Origin: Candidatus Microsaccharimonas sp.
GTDB taxonomy: Bacteria; Patescibacteriota; Saccharimonadia; Saccharimonadales; Saccharimonadaceae
Assembly: GCA_050730895.1 (NCBI GenBank)
Contig: JBOHNV010000001.1
Span: 1-61,670, forward strand
Direction: 5' to 3'
DNA length: 61,670 bases
A program made the position numbers and the translations under genes. Numbering within the stretch: the first letter of the stretch is position 1; the number at the start of each line of letters is the position of its first letter. The notes below the pieces were generated by a model, which did no database searches, was not told the origin of the DNA, and worked only from the letters and a program-made list of their open reading frames with translations. Shown here piece after piece: positions 28,998 to 40,037 of this stretch.

Positions 28998-29840
28998 CTA
29001 CGCGAGCTTATCGAATAGTAACGCGTAATCTTGTTGATGCGAAAGCACGAGGCCGTATTTTGCGGCTTCTTTTTTAATAGCCGGAAATTGTTCGGGGTCG
29101 GCCTCGAGGAGGAGTTTGCCTCCAACGGCTAGCTTTTCTTTGGTTTGCACAATGAGGCTTAAGATAAGTGCTAAGCCGTTGTTGGGTGCAAAAAGCGCCG
29201 AAGCTGGTTCGTGCTCTGTTTCAGGTGAACGTTCCCAGTCTGGATTGACGTAGGGGAGGTTAGCGATAATAATATCGGCTACAAATGGATATGAGGTCAA
29301 AAGGTCACTTTGTAGGAGTTCTACGCTAGCTGCAAGCGCCTCGGCGTTGCTTTCGGCGACATTTAACGCATGGCGGCTGGTATCGATGAGAGTGACATCG
29401 AGTTCAGGGTGCTCGAGCTTGGCGGTAATGCCTAGGTTGCCACTCCCGGTGCCAACATCAACAGTACGGAGCGGTTTTTCAATTAATAAAGCTTCGTTTT
29501 TCGGCACCGCTTCTTTTAATAGTTCGATTAAGCTTTCACTTTCGGGGCGAGGAATCAGCGTTGCGGTTGTCACTTTAAATGGTCGACCGTAGAATTCCTT
29601 GTGACCAATAATATACGCAACCGGAACGCGGTCGAGGCGCAGGTCGAGGCGAGCGTGTGCGATTTCTTCCATGCGGCTCTCTAGCGGTTCATCATTGTGG
29701 CCATGAAGCCACGTACGAGGCTTGCGGAGTGTATGTGCCAACAAAAGCTCGGCATCGAGCCGTGCCGAAGGAATACCAGCAGCCTGCAGGCTGGCAGTTG
29801 CTTGGGTGAGCCAGTCGCTAATGGTGAGTGTATTCTTCAT
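28998..29840 (-). CDS. prmC: Release factor glutamine methyltransferase PrmC/HemK
   Basis: PVAYIIG.KEFYG, LIPRPESE, DVGTGSG, ANLPYV; follows prfA. Confidence 0.94.
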   Translation of the reverse strand: MKNTLTISDWLTQATASLQAAGIPSARLDAELLLAHTLRKPRTWLHGHNDEPLESRMEEIAHARLDLRLDRVPVAYIIGHKEFYGRPFKVTTATLIPRPESESLIELLKEAVPKNEALLIEKPLRTVDVGTGSGNLGITAKLEHPELDVTLIDTSRHALNVAESNAEALAASVELLQSDLLTSYPFVADIIIANLPYVNPDWERSPETEHEPASALFAPNNGLALILSLIVQTKEKLAVGGKLLLEADPEQFPAIKKEAAKYGLVLSHQQDYALLFDKLA

Positions 29841-29853
29841 AGTAGCCTTTTTG

Positions 29854-30921
<1,068 letters not shown>

Positions 30922-30992
30922 AATTTACCTGTATTATAGCATAACTACCCCTGTTTTGTCGCGTTTTTGGTTAACCACGGTACAATAGATAT

Positions 30993-31397
30993 ATGAAGGA
31001 AATCGCAAAGATAGTAGCGCGCCCGATCGTGTTTGTGTATCACAAGACGCACTGGTTTACCGACAAGGAAGCCTGGGATGTGTTTCGTTTCTTTGCGTTT
31101 GCCGAGGTGGTAGGGTGGTCGATGCTTATTTTTGGTATCGTCTACCGCAATCTTGGGCTGCCAGAGGGTCCGTCGGTGGTTTCGTTTGCCGGGCATACGC
31201 ACGGTATGATCATGGCGTGTTACTACGTGATTGTGCTAGTGACCGCCAGGAGTATGGAGTGGGGGCCGTGGCGTGTTATAGCAGCGCTTATCGCGGGTAT
31301 TCCTCCGTATGGAACAGTTGTCTTTGAGCGGATTATGGCGCATCACCGAAAAGCGCATCCGTTGCAAGTTGCACCACCACAAGGCCTCGAAGATTAG
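30993..31397 (+). CDS. DUF3817-like membrane protein
   Basis: FR..AFAE..W..LI, G..HG, IPPYGT..FE. Confidence 0.7.
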   Translation: MKEIAKIVARPIVFVYHKTHWFTDKEAWDVFRFFAFAEVVGWSMLIFGIVYRNLGLPEGPSVVSFAGHTHGMIMACYYVIVLVTARSMEWGPWRVIAALIAGIPPYGTVVFERIMAHHRKAHPLQVAPPQGLED

Positions 31398-31415
31398 CAT
31401 TATTTGCTGAAACTA

Positions 31416-31448
31416 AAAAGAGCGTACCACTTGGGTACGCTCTTTTTG
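31416..31448. terminator. Bidirectional intrinsic terminator
   Basis: AAAAGAGCGTACC-ACTTG-GGTACGCTCTTTT between convergent genes. Confidence 0.8.
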
Positions 31449-31459
31449 TAAGTTGTAGA

Positions 31460-31780
31460 CTATTGGTCAGACTTGCGTGCCTTGTTGGCAGCGGCCTTTT
31501 TAGCCTTGTTTGCAAGAGCTTCCTTGCGAGCTTCAGCCGCAGCGAAGCGGTTCTTGAAGCGGTCGACACGACCTTCGGTGTCGATGATCTTCTCTTCACC
31601 AGTGAAGAATGGGTGAGATGCACTTGAAATGTGTGTCTTCACGAGTGGGTACTCGTTACCATCTTCCCATTTAATTGTTTCGGTGGTTTGTGCAGTTGAC
31701 TGAGTCAAGAACGCAAAACCGGCGACCTCGTCGCTAAATACGACAGGCCTGTAGTCGGTTGGGTGTAAATTGCTTTTCAT
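31460..31780 (-). CDS. rpmE2: 50S ribosomal protein L31 type B (Zn-free) with basic C-terminal extension
   Basis: [37 protein letters not shown]. Confidence 0.95.
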   Translation of the reverse strand: MKSNLHPTDYRPVVFSDEVAGFAFLTQSTAQTTETIKWEDGNEYPLVKTHISSASHPFFTGEEKIIDTEGRVDRFKNRFAAAEARKEALANKAKKAAANKARKSDQ

Positions 31781-31861
31781 AATCTGACCTATTGTATCTG
31801 AAAATCGGGGGTTTGTAAAGAGGTGATGAATAGGGGCGTCACTTCCAAAAGAAATGCGGCG

Positions 31862-33019
31862 CTACTTACTTCGTTGTTGCTTGCGCTTGCGCATAACACT
31901 GCTAAACACGGCGGCGCTGATGAATAGAATACCAATAGTCCCGGTGATGAGTTCGTTCACGTGTGTACCGATACTGATGATTAGAATCACCGCAAGAGCA
32001 CCGATTGCCCAGTGCGCACCGTGTTCAAGGAAGACATACTCGTTGAGCGAGCCTTTTTTCACAAGGTAAATCGTAATTGAGCGGACGAACATCGCACCAA
32101 CCAAGCCAAGGCCAAGGGCAATGATAATTGGGTCTGAGGTGATCGCAAAGGCGCCAATAACGCCGTCAAAGCTAAATGAGGCATCGAGTACTTCAAGGTA
32201 GAGGAATAGGAAGAATCCGGCTTTTCCGGTGGCGCGCACCAGTTTGCTTGGGCCGCTTTTTTTCGTTGCCTCAGCCATAGCGGGTTTCGAATCATTTTTG
32301 TGTTCAGCCTCGTGGTCGTGGTGAAGGTGGCCGTGCCCTTTTTCCTTCTGTGGAATGTCGGTTTCGTCCATCTTCTCTTTAAGGCCATGTTCAAACAGCG
32401 CACCAAGCCCGTTAATCACTACGTACGTAAGAATACCCAAGATACCTGATACGAGTACGACGTTCGGGTCTTTGGCCCAAAATTCGGCGGCAATCACAAG
32501 TAAGGTGAGGGCAATCACCACACCAACCTGGTTGAGGCGTCCAATTTTTGCTAATGGGGCTTCGATCCAGTGAAGCCATTTTAGCTTGCGGTCGGTCAGC
32601 ATGAAGTTGAGGAAGAGCATTAACAGGAACATACCACCAAAGGCGGCGATTTGTGGGTGCGCCTCGGCCAAGATGAATCCGTAGGTGCCTGGAGTGTGAG
32701 GGTCGCCCTTTTCAAGCGAAAGCTGCACCGCTTCAACAGGGTTAAGGCCCGCTACAATCGCCACAATAAGCAGCGGGAACAGGAGGCGCATACCAAATAC
32801 AGCAATAAAAATACCTACCGTTAGGAACATTTTTTGCCAAAATTCGCTCATGCGGCGCAGTACTGTGGCGTTGAGGACGGCATTGTCGAACGACAGTGAA
32901 ACCTCGAGCAATGAAAGTACAAAACAGAGGAATAGTGCGTTTAAGCCTCCGTAAAAGTAGGCAGTAACAAATGCCGCAGCAGAGATAATAAGTGACCAGC
33001 GGAACGTTTTCCAGAACAT
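31862..33019 (-). CDS. DUF475 (TerC-related) membrane protein
   Basis: LEVSLSFDNAV.NA, FLYLEVLDASFSFDGVIGAFA, LEHGAHWAI; His-rich loop. Confidence 0.92.
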   Translation of the reverse strand: MFWKTFRWSLIISAAAFVTAYFYGGLNALFLCFVLSLLEVSLSFDNAVLNATVLRRMSEFWQKMFLTVGIFIAVFGMRLLFPLLIVAIVAGLNPVEAVQLSLEKGDPHTPGTYGFILAEAHPQIAAFGGMFLLMLFLNFMLTDRKLKWLHWIEAPLAKIGRLNQVGVVIALTLLVIAAEFWAKDPNVVLVSGILGILTYVVINGLGALFEHGLKEKMDETDIPQKEKGHGHLHHDHEAEHKNDSKPAMAEATKKSGPSKLVRATGKAGFFLFLYLEVLDASFSFDGVIGAFAITSDPIIIALGLGLVGAMFVRSITIYLVKKGSLNEYVFLEHGAHWAIGALAVILIISIGTHVNELITGTIGILFISAAVFSSVMRKRKQQRSK

Positions 33020-33100
33020 GGGGGACCTTTCGGGTAGGTGGTTGTATAAGTGTTGCGGTTAATTATAATGGAAAATACCGGTAATGGTAAAGGAGAGTTT

Positions 33101-33316
33101 ATGGCGAAAGTTATTAATACAAACGATCGATTTATAAAGGTTGTATCCGATAACGGCGCATGGGGGTGGATATTTTTCACTGCGTACGTTGGAGCGGTTG
33201 TTTATTTCTTCCAGCTCGACCCATCTTTTTGGGGCTTTATTTTAGCGCTTCTTAAGGCAGCGGTATGGCCAGCCTTTGTATTGTTTGAAGTCTTGGGTGC
33301 GCTTGGCGTCGCGTAG
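33101..33316 (+). CDS. Small membrane hypothetical protein
   Basis: AGGAG SD; FW.FILALLKAAVWPA motif. Confidence 0.7.
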   Translation: MAKVINTNDRFIKVVSDNGAWGWIFFTAYVGAVVYFFQLDPSFWGFILALLKAAVWPAFVLFEVLGALGVA

Positions 33317-33389
33317 ATGTCGAACTGGTGTTTGACCTCTGGACACATAGTGTACATCCTGCTATAATAAAAGAGTAACGAGATTTAAT

Positions 33390-33440
33390 GAAACACCCAT
33401 TCGCAGTTACTCCTGACATTTCAGGCGCGAACGGGGAAGT
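33390..33440 (+). promoter_or_regulatory. Putative S2 (rpsB) ribosomal leader hairpin
   Basis: ACACCC.TTCGC...GCGAAC.GGGG stem downstream of TGCTATAAT, as expected for rpsB autoregulatory leaders. Confidence 0.5.
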
Positions 33441-33456
33441 AAAAAGGAGTAATATC

Positions 33457-34173
33457 ATGGCCGTTGAGGTTGATATTAAACAGCTGCTTGAAGCTGGTGT
33501 TCACTTTGGACACAAAACAAGCCGTTGGCACCCTAAAATGGCGCCATACATTCACAGCAAGCGTCAAGACGCACACATTATTGACCTTACCAAGACTGTA
33601 GAAGGCCTCGAAAAGGCACTTGCATTCATCACTGCAACTGCTGCAGCTGGTAAGCCAATTCTTTTTGTAGCTACTAAAAAGCAAACCAAAGACCTCGTAA
33701 AGCAAGTTGCTGAAAGTCTTAACCAACCATACGTTACTGAGCGTTGGCTCGGTGGTATGCTTACCAACGTGAACACCATGGGTGCTCAGGTAAAGAAGCT
33801 TAAAGACCTTGAGCGCAACATGGCCTCAGGTGCTTTCGAAAAGAAGTACAACAAGCTTGAAGTACAACGATTCCAAGAAGACATCGACGAACTCAACAAG
33901 AAGTATAGCGGTGTTAAGGACCTTTCTGGCAAGCCAGGTGCAATCTTCCTTATCGACGTGCTTGGTGATGTAAACGCTATCAACGAAGCGAAGACTCTTG
34001 GTGTTCCTGTGGTTGCTTTGGCTGACACAAACGTTGACCCATCACGAGTTGACTACGTTATCCCTGGTAACGACGACGCAATTAAGGGTATCGAACTTAT
34101 CCTTAGCTACGTAGCGCAAGCTATCGAAGCCGGTAAGGGTGTTACGAAAAAAGAAAAGGGTGAGGAGGTTTAA
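33457..34173 (+). CDS. rpsB: 30S ribosomal protein S2
   Basis: LLEAGVHFGH, RWLGGMLTN, DTNVDP, IPGNDDAI. Confidence 0.98.
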   Translation: MAVEVDIKQLLEAGVHFGHKTSRWHPKMAPYIHSKRQDAHIIDLTKTVEGLEKALAFITATAAAGKPILFVATKKQTKDLVKQVAESLNQPYVTERWLGGMLTNVNTMGAQVKKLKDLERNMASGAFEKKYNKLEVQRFQEDIDELNKKYSGVKDLSGKPGAIFLIDVLGDVNAINEAKTLGVPVVALADTNVDPSRVDYVIPGNDDAIKGIELILSYVAQAIEAGKGVTKKEKGEEV

Positions 34174-34179
34174 TCAACC

Positions 34180-34776
34180 ATGGCTGTATCAATTGAAGAC
34201 ATCAAAAAGCTGAAAGAACTTACCGGTGTTGGCCTTGGCGACGCTAAGGGTGCACTTGTAGAAGCTGACGGCGATTTTGATAAGGCTCTTGAGCAAATGC
34301 GTAAAAAGGGTCTTACCAAGGCTGAAAAGAAAGCCGACCGCGAAGCACTCGAAGGTGTGATTGACAGTTACGTACACGGTGGCCGTATTGGCGTACTTGT
34401 AGAAGTAAACTGTGAAACTGACTTCGTGGCGCGTACCGATGCATTTAAAGATTTTGCACACCAAGTTGCGTTGCAGGTTGCCTCTATGGCTCCAGTGTAT
34501 GTTTCTGAAGACGAAATCCCAGCCGAAGAAGTTGAGCGTGTTCGTGCAGAAGCAAAAGCAAGCGACACTCTTACAGGCAAGCCAGCCGACATGATCGACA
34601 AGATCGTTGACGGTCAGGTAAAGAAGCATTTTGCCGACAAGGTACTTTTGAGCCAAACCTACATTATGGACGACTCAAAGACCGTTGGTGAATTCCTCAA
34701 GGAAACTATCGCTAAAACTGGTGAAAACGTGATCATTCGCCGCTTCAAGCGCATCGAGCTTGGCGTAAACGACTAA
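34180..34776 (+). CDS. tsf: Elongation factor Ts (short form)
   Basis: EVNCETDFVA; follows rpsB. Confidence 0.98.
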   Translation: MAVSIEDIKKLKELTGVGLGDAKGALVEADGDFDKALEQMRKKGLTKAEKKADREALEGVIDSYVHGGRIGVLVEVNCETDFVARTDAFKDFAHQVALQVASMAPVYVSEDEIPAEEVERVRAEAKASDTLTGKPADMIDKIVDGQVKKHFADKVLLSQTYIMDDSKTVGEFLKETIAKTGENVIIRRFKRIELGVND

Positions 34777-34795
34777 TTCGTTCAATCCGCAATTT

Positions 34796-34826
34796 AAAAC
34801 TACCGCTGTAAAAGGCGGTAGTTTTT
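34796..34826. terminator. Intrinsic terminator after tsf
   Basis: AAAACTACCGC...GCGGTAGTTTTT. Confidence 0.75.
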
Positions 34827-34847
34827 GCTTATGGTATACTTTTAGTA

Positions 34848-35648
34848 ATGATGAAAAGGGTTCGGGCACTACAATCAGGGTTTACCATTGTTGAGCTGCT
34901 TATTGTAATTGTTGTGATCGCCATTTTGGCCGCAATTACGATTGTTGCCTATACGGGTATTCAAAAGAGCGCCACCGCTAGTCTTGTACAATCTTCGGTG
35001 TCACAAGCTGCCAAGAAAGCCATGGTGTACGCGCTTAGAAACGGAAATCAGTATCCGGATACTCTGTCTGAAATCGGGATTAACGACTCCGATTCAGTGC
35101 GGTATCAATATTCTAACGACACTACGGTAACACCCGGCTTGTTTGCAATAACCGCAACGGGTGCTGGTGATATCTCATATTATGTCTCGAGCAGCAATAA
35201 TGCACCTAAAGAAGGGGTTGCTCCTGGGCACAACCTTGTGGTCTGGGACGAGTCTCGGCCTGAAACGGTAGCCGTGCCGCAAGCAACGATCGATACGGTA
35301 CAATACCGATCTGCGCCGGCCTCTATGCGTATAGGTACTAACAGTAATGGATGGTATATTCGCGAGAGTCCATTCACCGCTGATCCCGGAAAAGTTGTGT
35401 CGGTAAGTCTGTGGCTTCGAACTGACTCAAACTGGAATGGAACAAATGGTAACTCGAAGATTCGCTTTGGCGGAACGGGCGGAACACTCCTAACGGCCTG
35501 CGGCTATGAGGGTGTGAAGACGAGCTGGACACTCGTTACATGTGAGTATACGTTTACGAGCGCACACCCAAATGTATCAATTTCAGTAGGAAACAGTGGC
35601 ACGATCGGTAATATTTGGATCGACGATCTAAGCGTTTCAATTAAGTAG
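34848..35648 (+). CDS. Type IV pilin-like protein with a C-terminal beta-sandwich (CBM-like) domain
   Basis: G|FTIVELLIVIVVIAILAAITIVAY; C-terminal VSVSLWLR...WTLVT..YTF...IWIDDLSV. Confidence 0.88.
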   Translation: MMKRVRALQSGFTIVELLIVIVVIAILAAITIVAYTGIQKSATASLVQSSVSQAAKKAMVYALRNGNQYPDTLSEIGINDSDSVRYQYSNDTTVTPGLFAITATGAGDISYYVSSSNNAPKEGVAPGHNLVVWDESRPETVAVPQATIDTVQYRSAPASMRIGTNSNGWYIRESPFTADPGKVVSVSLWLRTDSNWNGTNGNSKIRFGGTGGTLLTACGYEGVKTSWTLVTCEYTFTSAHPNVSISVGNSGTIGNIWIDDLSVSIK

Positions 35649-36672
35649 TAGGGAAGAGCGTTTCTTTAGCACTTTGGGTATAGCTAATAACGTCGGTAGG
35701 GTGCGTTTTTAAAAGGCTGGCGTTTTCCCAGTATGATTGACTCGTTCGGCCGTCGTAGACGTCATGCTCAACGTAGCCAAGCCCAACGGCAAAGTTAATA
35801 GTAGGGTCAATATCCTGGTAGTCTTTGGCGAGTTCATCATGCACACTTAGAAGCCGGCCGATAAGTGGAAGGACGTGTGTATTCGCGAAGCCTCGTACAT
35901 CGGCCTTATTGGCGCGATCAAATGTATCGGAAAGTTCTGGTAAAAAGAGGGCAATGTCTTGGCCGTCTCCAGTGTCGTGAATATATGAATCATAGGGCAC
36001 AACGCGGTCCGAAAAGAGGCTTTTGGTATCAAGCAGGTAGTTGCGGAGTGCGCCATAATTGCTATGCGATAGACCGGTTGAATTTTTAAGGTCCCAGCTC
36101 GCCAGAATAGCATTTGGCGTTGCGGGAGCCTCGAGTTCAAGCACGTCGCCAATTGAACGTACTTGGGTAGAGAAGTTTCGGAAGGCCGCAGCAACATCAA
36201 TGGCTGTTTTTTCGTGGTGCTTCCAGATTTTGGAAATAGTTTCAGTAGAGGTGGGGACGGCTCCGTACTTTGAATTGAATGCAGCTTGCACGCCGCCAGT
36301 GAGCTCGTTGTCGACAATAGTGCGCTGCGCCCAGGTGGTATGTGCGTTGGGGTTCATGCGGCTTCGAAGTAATTGCGGCTCGTTAAGAGCAAGGCCGAGG
36401 CCGAGTGCGGTTGCACCAAGGTCAACGCGGTGGTGGGCAATGTTGTTTTTGTAAAAATCAAAGCGTTCGGCATCGTTTGAACGAGGCTGTACGGTGGCAG
36501 CGGCACTGGCATTATTTTTGTGCCACGTGTCTTTTGCAAAATAGACGATACCGTCAAAAGTAGGCGAAACCTCAGCAAGGTCGTCGTGGAGTGGCTGTAG
36601 GGCAGCAGACGCTTCGTGGCTCAGCCGTAAAGCGTCGGGAAAGCGTTCGCGTTGTCGTGATACACCAGGCAT
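35641..36672 (-). CDS. Hypothetical protein with a class III nucleotidyl cyclase-like C-terminal domain
   Basis: ILASWDLKNSTGL and HDTGDGQ match the two metal-binding Asp motifs; upstream TGATATAAT. Confidence 0.55.
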   Translation of the reverse strand: MPGVSRQRERFPDALRLSHEASAALQPLHDDLAEVSPTFDGIVYFAKDTWHKNNASAAATVQPRSNDAERFDFYKNNIAHHRVDLGATALGLGLALNEPQLLRSRMNPNAHTTWAQRTIVDNELTGGVQAAFNSKYGAVPTSTETISKIWKHHEKTAIDVAAAFRNFSTQVRSIGDVLELEAPATPNAILASWDLKNSTGLSHSNYGALRNYLLDTKSLFSDRVVPYDSYIHDTGDGQDIALFLPELSDTFDRANKADVRGFANTHVLPLIGRLLSVHDELAKDYQDIDPTINFAVGLGYVEHDVYDGRTSQSYWENASLLKTHPTDVISYTQSAKETLFPTT

Positions 36673-36768
36673 AAATCAATACTATTATATCATTTTTAGG
36701 CTATTTTTGCAATATACCACCGGTGGTGAAGTTATGTATAATAGATGTAGTACTGAAAAGAGGAAATA

Positions 36769-37323
36769 ATGTTTGATACAAAGCAATACGAAGATCGTTT
36801 TAGCGCCGCAGTCGCGCACTTCGAAGATGAACTAAAGAAGGTGCGCACCGGTCGTGCTCACCCGAGCATGCTCGACAGCGTGCACGTTGAGGCGTATGGC
36901 CAAAAGATGCCACTTAACCAGGTTGCAAACGTTGTTGCTCCTGAGCCACAAATGCTCACCGTGACACCGTTCGACCCAAGCAACATTCAGGTTATTGTAG
37001 CGGCTATTCGTGCCGACCAGTCACTTGGCCTTAACCCAAGCGACGACGGCCGCCTTATCCGCGTGCCAATCCCAGCCCTTACCGAAGAACGCCGTAAGCA
37101 AATTGTGAAGCAAACAGGCGAAAAAGTAGAAGAGGCACGTATTGCGCTCCGTAACATCCGCCAAGATGCTCTTAAAGAAGCGAAGCGCCTTAAAGACGCC
37201 AAAGAGCTTTCAGAAGACGACCAAAAGCGCGCCGAAAAGGGTATCGATGATTCTATGACTACGTTCAACGCACAGATCGACACCGCATTTAAGGACAAAG
37301 AAAAAGAAATCCTTACCATTTAA
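36769..37323 (+). CDS. frr: Ribosome recycling factor
   Basis: RTGRA.P, GLNP..DG..IR..IP.LTEERRK. Confidence 0.98.
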   Translation: MFDTKQYEDRFSAAVAHFEDELKKVRTGRAHPSMLDSVHVEAYGQKMPLNQVANVVAPEPQMLTVTPFDPSNIQVIVAAIRADQSLGLNPSDDGRLIRVPIPALTEERRKQIVKQTGEKVEEARIALRNIRQDALKEAKRLKDAKELSEDDQKRAEKGIDDSMTTFNAQIDTAFKDKEKEILTI

Positions 37324-38024
37324 TGACCGACGACACCGTTTCGCAGATTCCGACGCACATTGGCTACATTGTCGATGGTAACCGTCGCTGGGCGAAGAAA
37401 CACGGCCTACCTACCTACGAGGGTCATCTCGCTGGCTACAACGCTATTAAAGAGGTGGCGCTCGAAACACTCAATCAGGGTGTTTCGTACATGTCGGCGT
37501 ATATATTTTCCACTGAAAACTGGAAACGGAGCACCGACGAAGTCCAAAAACTTATGGGCCTGGTGCTTCGTTTGGTCAAAGCTGATTTGCCACTTTTTCA
37601 CCAACACAATGTGCGTATGCGCTTTATTGGTTCGCGCGAAAACGTTGATCCAAAAATTGTAAAAGCGATTGAAAAAGCCGAAGCCGAGACTGCCGCAAAC
37701 ACTGGTGGCGAGCTTATTTTATGTTTTAACTACGGTGGGCAGCTTGAAATTACCGATGCGGTAAAAAAGATCGTTCAATCTGGTGTGCCCGCAGAAGACA
37801 TCACTGAAGACTTAGTGGCCGATAATCTATACGCTCCCGATGTACCACCGGTAGACTTAGTAGTTCGCACAAGTGGCGAAGAGCGACTTTCGAACTTTAT
37901 GTTGTGGCGCGCTGCCTATAGCGAGCTTATGTTTATGAAAAAACCATGGCCAGAAATGACAAAAGACGACGTGGGAATTATAATGAAAGAATATGCAAAA
38001 CGGCAACGTCGTTTTGGCAAGTAA
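37323..38024 (+). CDS. uppS: Undecaprenyl/polyprenyl diphosphate synthase
   Basis: DGNRRWA, FSTENWKR, NYGG, RTSGE.RLSNF.LW. Confidence 0.97.
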   Translation: MTDDTVSQIPTHIGYIVDGNRRWAKKHGLPTYEGHLAGYNAIKEVALETLNQGVSYMSAYIFSTENWKRSTDEVQKLMGLVLRLVKADLPLFHQHNVRMRFIGSRENVDPKIVKAIEKAEAETAANTGGELILCFNYGGQLEITDAVKKIVQSGVPAEDITEDLVADNLYAPDVPPVDLVVRTSGEERLSNFMLWRAAYSELMFMKKPWPEMTKDDVGIIMKEYAKRQRRFGK

Positions 38025-38081
38025 TTGTTCGAAGAAACCTATTGAAATAACCGAAATTGACCGAGGGAGGAGAAGGGGAAC

Positions 38082-39218
38082 ATGCTGATTCTGGGAATAC
38101 TAATTGGACTGATCGTGCTGGTGCTACTCGTAAGTGTGCACGAGTTGGGTCACGCTATTGTAGCGCGTCGCAATGGGGTTGTTGTTGAAGAGTTCGGCAT
38201 TGGTTTTCCGCCACGAGCTTGGGCCAAAAAGCTCAAAAACGGTATACTCTTTAGTCTCAACTGGCTGCCTATTGGTGGGTTTGTAAAGCTTCAGGGCGAA
38301 CACGACGCCGCCAATAAGAAGGGTGACTACGGTGCAGCGACATTTTGGCAAAAAACGAAAATTCTGCTGGCCGGCGTAGCGGTAAACTGGATAGTCGCCG
38401 TGATCCTCCTAATGGCGCTTGCCTGGACGACCGGTATTCCTAAAATTATTTCGAATCAGTTCTCGGTTGTAGGCGACACAACGATTGTGGCATCTCCGGT
38501 GCAGCTCGGTGCACTCGTCGAAGACTACCCAGCCGAAAAAGCCGGCCTTGAACAGGGTGACGTGATCCGAAGCATTGCCGGTGAAGACGTTAACGAAACA
38601 GTTCAATTTGTCGATGCCACCAAAGAGCACCGCGGTGAAACCGTGCCAATTGTTTTTGAGCGTGACGGCGAGCAAAAGACGACCCAGGTTGCGCTTCGAG
38701 ACACCGAAACTGCGACCTTTGGCGCAAGCCTTGGCCAGCAGCAAACAATGAAAGCCACATGGTCGGCTCCCATTACTGCTGTAGCTACAACCGGGCAATT
38801 TACTTGGGTAACCATCGAGGGGCTAGGGAGCTTAGTATATAACTTCTTTGGCGGCCTGTTTGGGCAGCTGAGCATCGACGAAGGCACTCGCGAGCGCGCT
38901 TCAGAGCAACTCGGCGAAGCAGGAGCAAGCGTGGCGGGTCCTGTGGGTATTCTAGGGGTTATTTTCCCGGCAGCTAGCGAAGCTGGGCCAGCACAGATTG
39001 TATTTTTGGCGGCCATTATTTCGCTTACACTCGCTGTCATGAATGCGCTGCCTATTCCTGCGCTCGACGGTGGCCGATGGTTTGTGACCGCAGTGTTTAG
39101 GGTGCTCAAAAAGCCACTTACAAAAGATACAGAAGAAAGGATTCACGGCACTGGGTTTATGCTCTTGTTACTTCTTATTGTCGTGATTACGGTTGCAGAT
39201 GTCATTAAGCTCTTCTAA
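38082..39218 (+). CDS. rseP: RseP-like M50 intramembrane metalloprotease with PDZ domain
   Basis: HELGH, P.GGFV, GPVGI, N.LPIPALDGG. Confidence 0.95.
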   Translation: MLILGILIGLIVLVLLVSVHELGHAIVARRNGVVVEEFGIGFPPRAWAKKLKNGILFSLNWLPIGGFVKLQGEHDAANKKGDYGAATFWQKTKILLAGVAVNWIVAVILLMALAWTTGIPKIISNQFSVVGDTTIVASPVQLGALVEDYPAEKAGLEQGDVIRSIAGEDVNETVQFVDATKEHRGETVPIVFERDGEQKTTQVALRDTETATFGASLGQQQTMKATWSAPITAVATTGQFTWVTIEGLGSLVYNFFGGLFGQLSIDEGTRERASEQLGEAGASVAGPVGILGVIFPAASEAGPAQIVFLAAIISLTLAVMNALPIPALDGGRWFVTAVFRVLKKPLTKDTEERIHGTGFMLLLLLIVVITVADVIKLF

Positions 39219-40035
39219 CGCGCCCCAGCAACAGGTACCGCCTTCACTTGTCGAACATGAAGCTGGGCGAAACCAGGTGAGTGGCGAAGCGCCAAAAACA
39301 CCAATAGGTAAACGAATTCTGTACGCGCTTGGATTACCAGCTTGGGTATTCTTAAGCTTTATGCTGGCACAGGCATTGGTGCTCGCCGGTGTATCTGTGC
39401 TTCAGTGGCTCGGGGTTTCATTTGCGAACGTCAACGGTTCTATCTTTAACGCTACTGCTGCAGCGATTATCTACGCGCTCTCGATCGCACTGGTGATTGG
39501 CGTGCCATGGCTGATAAAACGGCGAGCCACTACAAGGGAAGAGCTAGGGCTTCATCGCATGCCAAGCTGGATGGATGTTATTTGGGCGCCAGCCGGAATG
39601 GTGGTGTACTTAATCCTTACCACTCTTGTAATGAGTTTTGCCGTACAGTACCTAACCTTCATTAATTTTGAACAAGCCCAAGACACTGGTTTTGCTGAAG
39701 TTACGACGCAGTTCGAATATATCCTGGCCTTTATAAGTTTGGTAATTATCGCGCCAATCGCCGAAGAGGTGTTGTTCCGAGGATACTTGTTTGGAAAACT
39801 CCGTAAGTATGTACCGCTCTGGTTAGCGATTTTGGTAACCAGCGCGCTATTCGCTGCAGTACACGGCCAATGGAATGTGGCGCTCGATGTCTTTGTCCTT
39901 AGCGTTGTTATGTGTTTACTGCGAGTCGTGTCGAAAAGTTTATGGCCAGCAATTTTGCTTCACATGATGAAAAACGGCATCGCGTATTACTTCCTCTTTA
40001 TTAATCCGACGCTACTTAGTACACTAGGAGGGTAA
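39193..40035 (+). CDS. CPBP (Abi/CAAX) family intramembrane glutamic endopeptidase
   Basis: APIAEEVLFRG, FAAVH, SLWPAILLH..KN; start uncertain. Confidence 0.9.
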   Translation: MQMSLSSSNAPQQQVPPSLVEHEAGRNQVSGEAPKTPIGKRILYALGLPAWVFLSFMLAQALVLAGVSVLQWLGVSFANVNGSIFNATAAAIIYALSIALVIGVPWLIKRRATTREELGLHRMPSWMDVIWAPAGMVVYLILTTLVMSFAVQYLTFINFEQAQDTGFAEVTTQFEYILAFISLVIIAPIAEEVLFRGYLFGKLRKYVPLWLAILVTSALFAAVHGQWNVALDVFVLSVVMCLLRVVSKSLWPAILLHMMKNGIAYYFLFINPTLLSTLGG

Positions 40036-40037
40036 TT

